From Candidatus Latescibacterota bacterium (GTDB lineage Bacteria > Krumholzibacteriota > Krumholzibacteriia > WVZY01): a stretch of 64,000 bases of DNA. Position 1 is the first letter of the stretch. Each line of letters starts with the position of its first letter. Positions 8,975 to 19,359 of this stretch are shown here, in pieces. The position numbers and the translations under genes were made by a program. The DNA is taken from contig CAWBQK010000004.1 in the NCBI GenBank assembly GCA_963791045.1, positions 64,001-128,000 of the forward strand, in the 5' to 3' direction. A model generated the notes under the pieces. That model did not search any database. It was not told where the DNA came from and worked only from the letters and a program-made list of their open reading frames with translations.

Positions 8975-10332
8975 GATTCGACCCGCTTGATAACAACGAG
9001 AGTGAGGTCATCGGCCTGAGGGGCATCCCCCGCAAACTCCTGGACGGCCTCGACGATGTGCTCGATAATGGCGACCGCCGGCTCCGTCTTGTGCTTTTCG
9101 ATTACGTCTTCCAGCCGGTTCTCGCCAAATTGATTTTCATTGATGTCGAACGCTTCCGTGATCCCATCGGAGAAGATTACGAGAAGGTCGCCCGAGCCAA
9201 TCGGCACGATTTCCTCTTCGAAGGGAAAGTTGTCGACGACTCCAAGAACGGTTCCGCCGGTGGAAAGGCGACTATCCCCGTTTTGAAGCGTGTTCAAATA
9301 CGGATTTTCATGCCCGGCGTTGGAGAACGTTAGGTTGTGTTGGTCGAGATCGAGCACGCCATAAAAGAGGGTGGCGAATTTCTCGGGGTCGGTACTCCGG
9401 TACAGCAATTCATTCGCGCGGTTCATCCTCAGGCTTACCGGCACGTCATGGAGGGTTTGCCCACGCAGCGTCGCCTGCAGGTTGGCCATCAAAAGAGACG
9501 CCGGCAATCCCTTGCCCGACACGTCGCCGAGACACAACGCCAACTTATTATCGGACATCGGAATAAAATCGAAATAATCGCCGCCCACCATCTGTGCCGG
9601 GATGCTCCTGCCGGAGATGTCGTAACCATCGATCTGAGGGGCCGAATCGGGCAAGAGATCGAGCTGGATTCTCGAGGCAAGTCTGACCTCTTCCTGCATT
9701 CTGATGTAAGCCTGTTGTTCCTCGTAGAGCCTGGCATTCTCGATTACCTGCGCGGATTGCATTGCGATAATCGCCAACAACCTCTGGTCTTCCTCGGTGA
9801 AACCACCGCCGCCCTTTTTGTTGTAGGCCGTCAGAACACCTTTGAGTTCCGATTTGACCATGAGCGGAACGCAAAGAATCGAGTTAATCGATTCGTCCCA
9901 AGTAATTCCGCGAAACCGCTCGTCGGCGCCGGGCGAGTTGGAAAGAAGCGCCTTTTTGTTCAGATGCATCCACCCGAGCAGGTTCTGGCTAAGATGGAAC
10001 TGCTCATGCTCCGACGATGTAACCATCGCCCGCACTAGTGTTTTCATGGGTTCGAGCGACTGCTCGCTGACCATCGTGATCACGGCCTGTTCGGCGTAGA
10101 CCGATTTCAACGACCGGCGGATAATCCGATCCATGATCCCCTGCGAGTCCCGGGACGCTCCGATCTCGCGGGCCAGCTCGTTGAGCATTGAGAGCTCTTC
10201 CAGGGCACGCGTCAACCGGATGTTTTCCTGTTTGAGGGCCTCGACGGCGGCGGGAATCACCGGCGCATCCGCGGTATCAGGCTTGGATGAAAACGCCTGG
10301 GATATTTGCCCAAAAAACCTCTTCTTCGCCAT
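8971..10332 (-). CDS. GAF-domain PP2C/SpoIIE phosphatase (RsbU-like)
   Basis: GAF (SILCVPL, EDQRLL..IA...A..IENARLY); SpoIIE motifs VGGDYFD, GDVSGKG, NAGH, FSDGITEA, DDLT. Confidence 0.93.
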   Translation of the reverse strand: MAKKRFFGQISQAFSSKPDTADAPVIPAAVEALKQENIRLTRALEELSMLNELAREIGASRDSQGIMDRIIRRSLKSVYAEQAVITMVSEQSLEPMKTLVRAMVTSSEHEQFHLSQNLLGWMHLNKKALLSNSPGADERFRGITWDESINSILCVPLMVKSELKGVLTAYNKKGGGGFTEEDQRLLAIIAMQSAQVIENARLYEEQQAYIRMQEEVRLASRIQLDLLPDSAPQIDGYDISGRSIPAQMVGGDYFDFIPMSDNKLALCLGDVSGKGLPASLLMANLQATLRGQTLHDVPVSLRMNRANELLYRSTDPEKFATLFYGVLDLDQHNLTFSNAGHENPYLNTLQNGDSRLSTGGTVLGVVDNFPFEEEIVPIGSGDLLVIFSDGITEAFDINENQFGENRLEDVIEKHKTEPAVAIIEHIVEAVQEFAGDAPQADDLTLVVIKRVES

Positions 10333-10693
10333 GATCCCCCGATTCAACTCGTTGTCATTTAATTTGTGGATAAAGACTTGCCGGCATTGTGCCGGAACGT
10401 CGCACGTCAATCCTACCGGAACACCTCGATCTGGTCAACCCGGTAAGCACAAGGTGGCATATGTGCCGTAATTCAAGATAGTTAAGGAGCCGTCCCTGGG
10501 GCAATTGTTTTTGACCGCGATCAAAAATCAAATTGCCACAGACGACGTATCTCCTTTAATATCTGACGCCTAACTACACAGCGACCCGATCGCCCCAAAC
10601 TCGCCCCCCCGTGGGGCTGGACCCTTGGTGCGAACTTTGCGTCTCAAAGGCTTGTGTTTGTCCTATTTGTAACCGATTTCGAATAGTTTATTC

Positions 10694-11677
10694 ATGAAAC
10701 GTAAGCTCCTCATCGGGTCGATTGTCAGCGGATTCTTCCTCTATCTCGCAATGCGGGACATCGAGTGGGGCGTCCTGTGGGGTGTGCTCGAACAGACACG
10801 CCCGTTGTACCTGATTCCCGCCGTGGTATTCACGCTGCTCGGGCACTATTTCCGAGCGTACCGCTGGAAGTTTATGCTGCTCCCCATCAAATCGATCAGC
10901 ACGTGGAATCTTTTCTCCGCCACCTCTATCGGTTTTATGGCGAACAACCTGCTCCCCGCGCGTCTTGGCGAGATCGTCCGTGCCTACACGGTGGGGCGCC
11001 GGGAACAGATAAGCATTTCCGCCGCTTTTGCGACGATCGTGTACGAACGCATCGTCGATGTTTTTTCTCTCATCGTTTGTTTGTGGGTGACCCTCTCGAA
11101 GGTCCCCGGACCCGAGTGGCTTCGGACCAGCGCCATGTGGCTGATCGTTCTCAATGTCGCGCTCTTCGTCGTCATGTTTTTGATGGAACGCTACCAGCAC
11201 CTCGTAAAAACCATTGTGACGAGAATCGCGAGACCACTGCCGGAACGTTGGCAGTCGAAGATTCACAGGTGGACCGAGGCATTTCTCGGCGGGCTCGCCG
11301 TGATGAGCAAGGCACACACGCTGATTCCAATAACGCTTGCGTCTTTCCCCGTGTGGATCTTCGCGATGCTCGGGATCTATTTCAGCTTTGGCGCGCTAAA
11401 CATGGAGGTCCCGCTTTTCGCGAGCCTCACACTCATCGTTCTCGTCGCGATGGGATCCATGATTCCTTCCGCGCCCGCTTATCTGGGAACCACCCAGTAC
11501 GCGTGTATTGTGGGCCTGAGTTTTTACGGGATAGCCAAGAGCGAAGCGCTCGCCTTATCGCTTCTGTATCATGCGACGCAATTCTTCCCGATTACACTCG
11601 TCGGTTTTTACTTTTTATGGAAATCAGAAATCAAGTTCGGAGATATATCGAAAGGCGGCCGCAAGGACGATGCGTGA
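10694..11677 (+). CDS. Lysylphosphatidylglycerol synthase TM-domain / UPF0104 flippase-like membrane protein
   Basis: RAYRW, IGFMANNLLPARLGEIVR, ERIVD, IPSAPAYLG; multiple TM helices. Confidence 0.88.
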   Translation: MKRKLLIGSIVSGFFLYLAMRDIEWGVLWGVLEQTRPLYLIPAVVFTLLGHYFRAYRWKFMLLPIKSISTWNLFSATSIGFMANNLLPARLGEIVRAYTVGRREQISISAAFATIVYERIVDVFSLIVCLWVTLSKVPGPEWLRTSAMWLIVLNVALFVVMFLMERYQHLVKTIVTRIARPLPERWQSKIHRWTEAFLGGLAVMSKAHTLIPITLASFPVWIFAMLGIYFSFGALNMEVPLFASLTLIVLVAMGSMIPSAPAYLGTTQYACIVGLSFYGIAKSEALALSLLYHATQFFPITLVGFYFLWKSEIKFGDISKGGRKDDA

Positions 11678-12464
11678 TTTTTCACTGGATATGTTAAGGG
11701 AGCTCCTTCTCGCGTTCAAACGCGAGGGGTATAAATTTGTTCGCTTCGAACACTACTGGAATAACAAGGCAACGTTTGATGCGGCCGACAAAACCGTGTT
11801 GTTCAGGCACGACGTCGATCGCTTCCCCGGTACGGCGCTTGCCACGGCAAAGGTCGAGTCGGAGATCGGCATCGCGGGTACCTATTTTTTTCGTGTCAAA
11901 CCACACACGTTCGACGAATCGATCATGAAGGAAATCGCCACCCTGGGTCATGAAATCGGCTACCACTACGAGAATCTCGCCGACGCCGGCGGCGACTTTG
12001 ACCAGGCGCGCGTTCTTTTTGAAGATTGTCTTGGCCGTCTCCGCGCGGTCTATCCCGTCGTGTCTGCATCGATGCACTCACGGGCGTTGTCGAAATGGGA
12101 CAACAGAACATTTTGGGACAAGTTTTCACTCGACGAGTTCGGTCTCGGCGGAGAATCCTACCGGTCCATCGACCACAATCATTATATGTATCTGGCCGAT
12201 TCGGGGAGGGACTGGAACGCGGATCGAAACGTTGTCTGGGACACCGTCGACGGCATTCAACCGCCGCGAATGGAACGGGGAACCCGCGGTCTCATTGACG
12301 AGATATCCACAAACCAGCGAATCGGAAGCGCGCAGCTTCTCATTCATCCCAACAGGTGGCCCGGCTCTTACTCCGGATATCTCGCACAGACCGGAATGGA
12401 CGCGATGATAAATATCGCCAAGACAATCATCAAATCATTAAGACGACCGGGAGAGAGGAAATAA
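11670..12464 (+). CDS. Polysaccharide deacetylase-like (NodB fold) protein
   Basis: LFRHDVD, TYFFR, GHEIGYHYE, YLADSGR, LIHPNRW; start overlaps the upstream gene end. Confidence 0.8.
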   Translation: MRDFSLDMLRELLLAFKREGYKFVRFEHYWNNKATFDAADKTVLFRHDVDRFPGTALATAKVESEIGIAGTYFFRVKPHTFDESIMKEIATLGHEIGYHYENLADAGGDFDQARVLFEDCLGRLRAVYPVVSASMHSRALSKWDNRTFWDKFSLDEFGLGGESYRSIDHNHYMYLADSGRDWNADRNVVWDTVDGIQPPRMERGTRGLIDEISTNQRIGSAQLLIHPNRWPGSYSGYLAQTGMDAMINIAKTIIKSLRRPGERK

Positions 12465-12467
12465 GAA

Positions 12468-13574
12468 ATGGAATACCGGGAGTACCGTCAGGGGGACGAG
12501 GGTGAACTGAACGATTTGTATAATATCGTGTTTGAGCGCGACCGTACAATCGACCAGTGGAAATGGGAATACATCGACACACCGGGACGTCCGTCGAAGA
12601 TCGTTGTCGTCGAAGATGAAGGCAAAGTAATCGCACATGAGGCGATGATCCCGATGCTGTTTCACGTATTCGATCGCGAAGTTCTTGGCGGCAAGATAGA
12701 AGACGCATACATCGACAAGAAATATCGCGGGCAAAAGCTTTTTGGCCCGCTCACCGAATACTGTATCGATGTCAGCGTCAAGGACGGTTACGAAATCACA
12801 TTCGGCCTCACCGCCCGCCCCGTAAATTACCAGCTTCATGTGACCCGCGGGTATCACCACATCTGCTCGCTCAACGCGTTTTTTGCCGTATTCGCCCCGG
12901 GCGCCGTCACGGATGACATTTCGCGTGTCATTGGTGCGTCATCGCTCAAAAAAACCGCCATGCGCACAGTTCTGAGTGTGCTGTCCAAAAGATTTAAAAC
13001 CAGGATCGCCCAGAATGCGGACAAACCCGACAGCTGTCGTATCGAACGAATTGAAAGGTTCGACGAACGATTTGACAGATTGTGGGAGGAGTTCATCGCC
13101 GCGAAAAAGACAATCACGCTCAAACGATCAAGCGATTTCCTCAACTGGCGATACGTGGACATTCCATACCGCGACTACGCAATATTTGCCGCGGTCGAAG
13201 GCGAGCGCGTCCTCGGATACCTCATAGCCGGCGCAGTCAACCGGCCGGACGAAGGAATCGAGGTTTTACTCGGAACAACGCCTGATTTTCTGGTCCTCCC
13301 GGGACACGAATCGGTGTACGAGCCTCTGGTCCGTCACGCCGTCGAATACTGGCGCTCGCAGAACGTTTCAATGGTCATTAGCTGGGTCCACCGCGACAGC
13401 GAGTTCGCGCGGCCGCTCGTCAGTGAACTCAAACGTATCGGATTGGTTTCATCCTTCGGACGTTATGACATTCCGGTTCTCGTCTTGAGACTCGCAGGTG
13501 ATTTCGATAAAGAGTCGTTTTACGCTGAAAGCGGCTGGCACGTGACCCAGGCTTTTGGAGGGTGTTGGGTGTGA
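12468..13574 (+). CDS. Tandem GNAT-family acyltransferase
   Basis: QWKWEY..TP, IDKKYRGQKLF (acyl-CoA loop), RSSDFLNWRY. Confidence 0.82.
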   Translation: MEYREYRQGDEGELNDLYNIVFERDRTIDQWKWEYIDTPGRPSKIVVVEDEGKVIAHEAMIPMLFHVFDREVLGGKIEDAYIDKKYRGQKLFGPLTEYCIDVSVKDGYEITFGLTARPVNYQLHVTRGYHHICSLNAFFAVFAPGAVTDDISRVIGASSLKKTAMRTVLSVLSKRFKTRIAQNADKPDSCRIERIERFDERFDRLWEEFIAAKKTITLKRSSDFLNWRYVDIPYRDYAIFAAVEGERVLGYLIAGAVNRPDEGIEVLLGTTPDFLVLPGHESVYEPLVRHAVEYWRSQNVSMVISWVHRDSEFARPLVSELKRIGLVSSFGRYDIPVLVLRLAGDFDKESFYAESGWHVTQAFGGCWV

Positions 13575-14470
13575 GACCCTGGTTCAGATATCTTGTCTAC
13601 GCCTCACTGGCATTCCTCGTCGTCGCGCTTTACAAGTCCGACTACCTGGTCATGCCTCGGATACACTCGTTCCCCGCTCTCATCGCGTCTTTTTTGTTGT
13701 TGTTCGGCGGCTTTGTCGCGGACGCATTCTCGTGGCGATCGATCCTCGGCCGCACCGGTTATCCGGTATCCCCGCGATCAAGTCTCGCGGCCGTGGGACT
13801 CTCTTCTTTCGCCAAATACATTCCCGGAAAAGTCTGGGCGCTAATGGGCCGTGCCGGCTACGTCGCGGGAAAATACGCCTATCCGCTCGCCACCGTCACT
13901 TCGGCAACGGTTACGTGGCAACTGATCATACTGTGGCTGGGGCTTGTTTTCGGCGCGACCGGACTCTACATCCTCAATTCCCCAATTTTGTGGAGTTGGC
14001 CGATCCTTCTTATGTGGGTGGGTCTCTCGATCGTGATTTTTAGCGACACGGCCCAAAATGTCGCTCAACGCTTGTTGACGCGCATCCTCCGCAAGGAAAT
14101 TCTGATTCCGCGGCTCTCGATGGCCTCCACCCTCAGCGCGCTCCCGTGGTTCGTGATCACCTGGGGCCTGATGATGGCGGGTTTTCACTTGCTCGTCGTC
14201 GCGCTCACCAGCGCCGATGTGCCCTTCAGTGTCGGGCTCGGCTTTCCGTTGTCTATTATTATGGGTATTCTTGCCATAGTCATTCCGGGTGGGCTTGGCG
14301 TACGTGAAGGCGCGATGGTTGGTTACCTGACGCTCGCCGGAGTGCCCATACAGGAAGCAACGGCCATCTCGATCGCCGCGCGTCTGTGGTTTCTGATTGC
14401 CGAGGTGTTCATTTTCCTGGTGGGAATCGCCGCGGATCCAAAGAGTTTCTCCAACCGGCCCCGATTGTAG
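13571..14470 (+). CDS. Second lysylphosphatidylglycerol synthase-domain (flippase-like) membrane protein
   Basis: AKYIPGKVW, PGGLGVREG, RLW; GTGA overlap with the GNAT stop. Confidence 0.85.
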   Translation: MRPWFRYLVYASLAFLVVALYKSDYLVMPRIHSFPALIASFLLLFGGFVADAFSWRSILGRTGYPVSPRSSLAAVGLSSFAKYIPGKVWALMGRAGYVAGKYAYPLATVTSATVTWQLIILWLGLVFGATGLYILNSPILWSWPILLMWVGLSIVIFSDTAQNVAQRLLTRILRKEILIPRLSMASTLSALPWFVITWGLMMAGFHLLVVALTSADVPFSVGLGFPLSIIMGILAIVIPGGLGVREGAMVGYLTLAGVPIQEATAISIAARLWFLIAEVFIFLVGIAADPKSFSNRPRL

Positions 14471-14488
14471 CACCGCTCATCACAAATA

Positions 14489-15437
14489 CTAATCGTTGCG
14501 CTGGCGGTTGTAATCCATATCCATCCAGATGGCAAACAGGATCGACTGGAAAGTCGTTATGAGCAGAAATACGAGGAGGATCATCGTCGTCCGCGGCGCC
14601 ACTCCTTCTATCGAGTACATATAGAAGAACCTGACGATAAGCGGAATGATCAGGAAGAAAATATTAAAAACAGCAAAAAGATAAAACAGTACCAGCGGGT
14701 GAAAATCGCGAACGACGTATCGATGCCACAACCGCCGGAAAAACAGTTTGAACAAGAGCCAACTCGTTTTTGGGATGTACTTCCACAGCTTGATCTTGCT
14801 CTTCTCGCGACCGTAAACCGGTCGAACCTCGACATCCGACACCGAGAACCCGCGGATATTCAGCATGGTCAGAATATCGGCATTATATCCGTACCCTTTT
14901 GTCATCTGGGCAATCGGGATATTTCTGAGCACTGAATTCTTTATCACCGTGTATCCGCACTGCGGGTCCATAAGCGAATAGTATCCCGTCGCGAACTTGG
15001 TGAGAATTGTCAGAATGGCGTTGCCGAAAAACCGGTACTTGGGCATAAAATCGATGTTCTGGTGGAGCAGCCGGTTGCCTTTGACATAATCCGAGCCACG
15101 ATCGATCACCTTGTCTGAGAAGTATCGACAGATCGTCGGGGTGCATCTGGTTGTCACCGGCCATTACGGCGGTAATATCGACATCGGACTCCGCACTCGC
15201 CAGGTAACCATCGATGAGTGACTGCCCAAGTCCCTTGTTCTTTTCGTGGTGGATCGGGACCACCCGGGGGTCCTTAAGCGCCTGTTCGTCGAGGAGTTCT
15301 CGTGTCTTATCCTTACTGGCATCGTTGATCACAAAGATTTTGTCGACATAGTCCGGCATCGTGGTCAACGTATCGAGAATCAAAAGCTCCTCGTTGTACG
15401 CCGGCACCACGATTCCGATTTTATGATCCTTGTACAT
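14489..15437 (-). CDS. GT2 polyprenyl-phosphate glycosyltransferase (DPM1-like) with C-terminal TM helices; +1 frameshift at about 15116
   Basis: Frame 1: VVPAYNEE, INDASKD, NKGLG, MAGDNQMHP. Frame 2: DYVKGNR, DPQCGY, YGREKSK. Removing one base in CTC-A-GAC joins them. Confidence 0.85.
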
Positions 15438-15445
15438 ACCAAGCC

Positions 15446-16405
15446 CTACTTTTTCTCGAAGTAATCTCTCGCCCAATCGACGGTCATCTCGAGCCCTTTG
15501 CGGAAGTCCGTGAGAAATTCCATGCCGAGATCTCTCTTGATCTTGGTGTTGTCGATATTGAACACCTTGATGTCACCAACCATCCAGTCATCATAGTTTA
15601 TGACCGGATCCTTCACACCAAGGATATCCGCGACCATATCGGCGAGCTCGGTAATCGTGACCGTGATACCCGACGCACAGTTGTACACTTCACCCGTAGC
15701 GGCCGGGGTTACGGCGGCGAGAAGGTTTGCCCTCACGACATCCTTGACCCAGGTAAACGTCCTCTGCTGGGTCCCGTCGCCATAGATCGTGATCGGTCTT
15801 CCCTCGATCAAACGCCGCGTAAAGATCGACACAACACCGCCTACATCGCTCGACTCCTGCCGCGGACCGTACACGTGAAAGTAGCGGAGTACCGTGGTGT
15901 CGAGGTCATAGAGCAGATTGAAACACTTCGCGTACTTTTCACCGGCGAGTTTGCTCACGCCATAGTACGAAGTCGGCACCAGGGGATGCTTCTCGTCCTG
16001 CGGATAGTACTGCGCCTCGCCGTACACCGAACCGGTCGATATATGGACGAACTTTTTGATCCCGTGATCCCGTGCAAGCTCGAGAAGGTGAAACGTGCCC
16101 TCGGCATTGATTGCGAGATCCCGAGGCGGGTTGCTCAGACAAATAGTCTTCTTCGACGCCGCCTGGTGAAAAATTACTTCCACACCGGGAATGAGTTTTT
16201 CAAGCCCCGCCCTGTCGGTGACGTCGCATTTTTCTTCATGGAAATTCGGATAACTCTTGAGAGCCGCGAGGTTCTCTGGTTTACCGGCAAAATAATCATC
16301 AACACTGATCGTCTCGACGCCCATTTTGACGAGTTCCTCGACGACATGGCTTCCAATAAAACCCGCGCCGCCCGTTACCAGTGCCTTTTTGAACGGAAAA
16401 TCCAT
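15446..16405 (-). CDS. NAD-dependent nucleotide-sugar epimerase/dehydratase (extended SDR)
   Basis: VTGGAGFIGSH, STGSVYG, YGVSK, RYFHVYGPRQ, GDGTQQRTF. Confidence 0.93.
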   Translation of the reverse strand: MDFPFKKALVTGGAGFIGSHVVEELVKMGVETISVDDYFAGKPENLAALKSYPNFHEEKCDVTDRAGLEKLIPGVEVIFHQAASKKTICLSNPPRDLAINAEGTFHLLELARDHGIKKFVHISTGSVYGEAQYYPQDEKHPLVPTSYYGVSKLAGEKYAKCFNLLYDLDTTVLRYFHVYGPRQESSDVGGVVSIFTRRLIEGRPITIYGDGTQQRTFTWVKDVVRANLLAAVTPAATGEVYNCASGITVTITELADMVADILGVKDPVINYDDWMVGDIKVFNIDNTKIKRDLGMEFLTDFRKGLEMTVDWARDYFEKK

Positions 16406-16461
16406 TCGACCCTCCACAGATCATGTATGTGCAGCACGGGGCCTCCCGTGCTTTCAAATAA

Positions 16462-17601
16462 TTAACTCGTAAACTCAACGATGGCGTCGACAACCTCACC
16501 AATCATCTCGTCGGTCAGTTCCGGATAGATCGGAACGGCGAGCGTTTCACGCGCGGCGGCCTCACTGTGCGGAAAGTCGCCTTCTTTGTAACCAAGATCG
16601 GCGAAACATTCCTGCATGTGAAACGGAACCGGGTAATAGACCTCGTTCCCGATTCCCTTATCTTTGAGAAAGCCGCGAATATCGTCACGCTTGTCGACAC
16701 GAATAACAAACTGATTGTAAATATGGCGGCGCTCGGGCATCAACTCGGGAAGCACGACACCTTTGACACCGTTCATTTCCTGAAGTCCAACCACGACGCC
16801 CGCGTCCTGGAATTTTTTACGATAAATATCAGCGTTCTTTTGCCGGCCCTCCGTCCATGCGTCGAGACGCGCAAGCTTTACCATCAGCACGGCGGCCTGG
16901 ATGGCGTCCAGTCTGAAGTTGCCCCCGATCATGCTGTGATAGTATTTGGGCTTCCCACCGTGACCACGCATGATCCTGAGTTTATCGGCACGTTCATCGT
17001 CATTCATAACAACCATCCCACCGTCCCCGATTCCACCAAGGTTTTTTGACGGGAAAAAGCTGAAACAGCCGTAATGCCCAATCGAACCGGCACGCCGGCC
17101 CTTGTATTCGGCACCGATCGCCTGGGCGCCGTCCTCGATGACGGCGAGATTGTGTTCCGATGCGATCTTCATAATCGGATCCATCTCCGCCACCTGGCCA
17201 TAGAGATGCACGGGGATGATCGCGCGCGTCTTATCGGTGATCGCCGCTTCAATACCGGCGGGATCGATATTGAACGACATCGGATCGATATCTACAAAGA
17301 CGGGTCGCGCACCGGTGCGGCTTACACAGCCGGCCGTCGCAAAAAACGAGTACGGGGTCGTGATCACTTCGTCACCCTCCCCGATCCCCTCGGTCATGAG
17401 CGAAATCAAAAGCGCGTCCGTCCCTGAGGACACGCCCACTGCGTGCTTACTTTTTGAATATTCGGCAACCGCTTCCTCGAGCTCTTTCACCTTCGGCCCC
17501 AGTATGAAGTACTGGGAAACCATCACATCGTCCACCGCCGCCATGACCTCTTCACGAATCGTGGCGTACTGTGCTTTCAGATCCAGCAGAGGTACACTCA
17601 T
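16462..17601 (-). CDS. wbpE: DegT/DnrJ/EryC1/StrS sugar aminotransferase (WbpE-like)
   Basis: VSSGTDAL, PVHLYGQ, EDGAQAIGA, SFFPSKNLG..GDGG, NFRLDAIQAA; adjacent to a WbpB-WbpD fusion. Confidence 0.9.
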   Translation of the reverse strand: MSVPLLDLKAQYATIREEVMAAVDDVMVSQYFILGPKVKELEEAVAEYSKSKHAVGVSSGTDALLISLMTEGIGEGDEVITTPYSFFATAGCVSRTGARPVFVDIDPMSFNIDPAGIEAAITDKTRAIIPVHLYGQVAEMDPIMKIASEHNLAVIEDGAQAIGAEYKGRRAGSIGHYGCFSFFPSKNLGGIGDGGMVVMNDDERADKLRIMRGHGGKPKYYHSMIGGNFRLDAIQAAVLMVKLARLDAWTEGRQKNADIYRKKFQDAGVVVGLQEMNGVKGVVLPELMPERRHIYNQFVIRVDKRDDIRGFLKDKGIGNEVYYPVPFHMQECFADLGYKEGDFPHSEAAARETLAVPIYPELTDEMIGEVVDAIVEFTS

Positions 17602-17679
17602 TTTCTCTTCCTTTTGGAGTTTCTGATTCCGCCGCGTGCAACCGACCGGGCGGATGGGTTTTCGTCAGACAGGCTTTTC

Positions 17680-19359
17680 TTATTCGGGAGTCAAATGATC
17701 CCCGTGTACAAGGTCGTCATAATACACGCCGCCGACTCTCATGTCATCCGGCAACTGATCTTCCTCGCCAATATCAAGACAGCGCAGAACGCCCGGCTCG
17801 ACCTCCTGGTACCGGAGTTTACTCTCCGGACAAGTGTATACGCCTTCTTTGTCCGGGTCCCTCAGCGGAAGCCCGTGCCGGCTCACCCAACCAGCCTGCT
17901 TCGCCGGTACGCCCATCATAAGCGCGTAATCCGGGACATCCTTCGCCACGACCGCGCCGGCACTGACAAACGCGTAACGGCCCACCGTTATGCCGCACAC
18001 CACCGTCGCGTTCGCGCCGATCGTACAGCCCCGCTTGAGGATCGTCGTTTCGTACAAGCCACGGCGAACCACCTGACTCCTTGGATTCGTCACGTTTGTC
18101 AGCACGCATGACGGGCCGAGGAATACGTCGTCCTCGATTATCGACCCGGTGTAGATCGATACGTTGTTCTGTACTTTGACGTTGTTTCCGATCACAACAC
18201 CGCGTTCAACGGTGCTGTTCTGACCGAAGATACAACCCCGGCCAATTTTTGCGTTTTTCATGATGTGGCAGAAATGCCAGATCTTTGTGCCGTCACCGAT
18301 CTCGCACGGCAAATCGACCACGGCGGTCGGATGCGCCGTATAGCCTTCGCCGGCTTTGCCGAGACTGCTTGCCCCATCCTGGTAGGCAAGCGGCTTTCCC
18401 CCGCCGTCGAGCGATACCTGGCACAGCGTGAGAATACGAAGAACACGCAAACCCTCTTCCCCATCGGTTATCGGCTGACGCCGCTTCTCAACGCATTCCA
18501 GAAAATGACGGCACTCATTCTTGAGCGGTTCCGCCGCGGGTAAATCAACGACCTCGAGATCGGCCTTGACGGCGGTGGGAACGCGGTTTTTCCATTCGAC
18601 TTTGTGCGGATATAAAACGAGTTTATCCTTGGCCGTGTCGTCGAATACGGCCATCTTTTCCGATCCGACAACAACGAGACGCTGCTCTTTGAACGGATGC
18701 AACCAGCTGACAAAGATATGACCGCGCACGCCGCTCGGAAAACGGAATTCGCTCAAGGTCACATCCACAACGCCCTTATTGAGATAATCTTCGCCGCGAC
18801 AGGACAACGACGTGGGCTCCTCGTTGAGAAGCGCCAGCATCACGGAGATGTCGTGCGGCGCAAAGCTCCACAGAATATTTTCTTCGGTTCTTATTTTTCC
18901 GATATTCAGACGATTGGAGTAGAAATACTGAACGCGACCGAGTTCGCCCGACGAAATCAGACGGGAGAGCGTTTCGACGGCGGGATGATACCGCAGAATA
19001 TGCCCCACCATGAGGATTCGCCCATGCTCGCTCGCAAGACGAACAAGCTCTTCACCATCGGGGAGGTTCGTCGCCAGTGGTTTCTCGACGTAGACATCCT
19101 TCCCCGCCTCAAGCGCCGATTTCGCAAGCATATGATGAGTTACCGCGGGAGCGCCGATGGCCACCGCTTGAATCGAGTCATCGCCCAGAACATCATCGAA
19201 ATTCGTCGTAAATCCGACATCCGGGTATGATTCTTCAATGGTCGATCGCGGGGTCTCGTCAGAGTCGCACACTACCTTTAGCGCCCCGAGCTCGTGAAAA
19301 TTCCGAACCAGGTTCCGCCCCCAATATCCCATACCGACTACGGCGACTTTGACGCTCAT
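17680..19359 (-). CDS. Fusion of Gfo/Idh/MocA dehydrogenase (WbpB-like) and hexapeptide N-acetyltransferase (WbpD-like)
   Basis: N-domain GMGYWG, VEKP, MVGH, PHD. C-domain HPTAVVD, IWHFCHI, NVKVQNNVSIY, GPSCVLTNV.NPRS, GVPA. Confidence 0.92.
   Translation of the reverse strand: MSVKVAVVGMGYWGRNLVRNFHELGALKVVCDSDETPRSTIEESYPDVGFTTNFDDVLGDDSIQAVAIGAPAVTHHMLAKSALEAGKDVYVEKPLATNLPDGEELVRLASEHGRILMVGHILRYHPAVETLSRLISSGELGRVQYFYSNRLNIGKIRTEENILWSFAPHDISVMLALLNEEPTSLSCRGEDYLNKGVVDVTLSEFRFPSGVRGHIFVSWLHPFKEQRLVVVGSEKMAVFDDTAKDKLVLYPHKVEWKNRVPTAVKADLEVVDLPAAEPLKNECRHFLECVEKRRQPITDGEEGLRVLRILTLCQVSLDGGGKPLAYQDGASSLGKAGEGYTAHPTAVVDLPCEIGDGTKIWHFCHIMKNAKIGRGCIFGQNSTVERGVVIGNNVKVQNNVSIYTGSIIEDDVFLGPSCVLTNVTNPRSQVVRRGLYETTILKRGCTIGANATVVCGITVGRYAFVSAGAVVAKDVPDYALMMGVPAKQAGWVSRHGLPLRDPDKEGVYTCPESKLRYQEVEPGVLRCLDIGEEDQLPDDMRVGGVYYDDLVHGDHLTPE

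Noticed and set aside
14489-15437. Calling the split GT2 a pseudogene or programmed frameshift
   Set aside because: Single indel, no slippery sequence, both halves conserved, and similar indels occur across the window.
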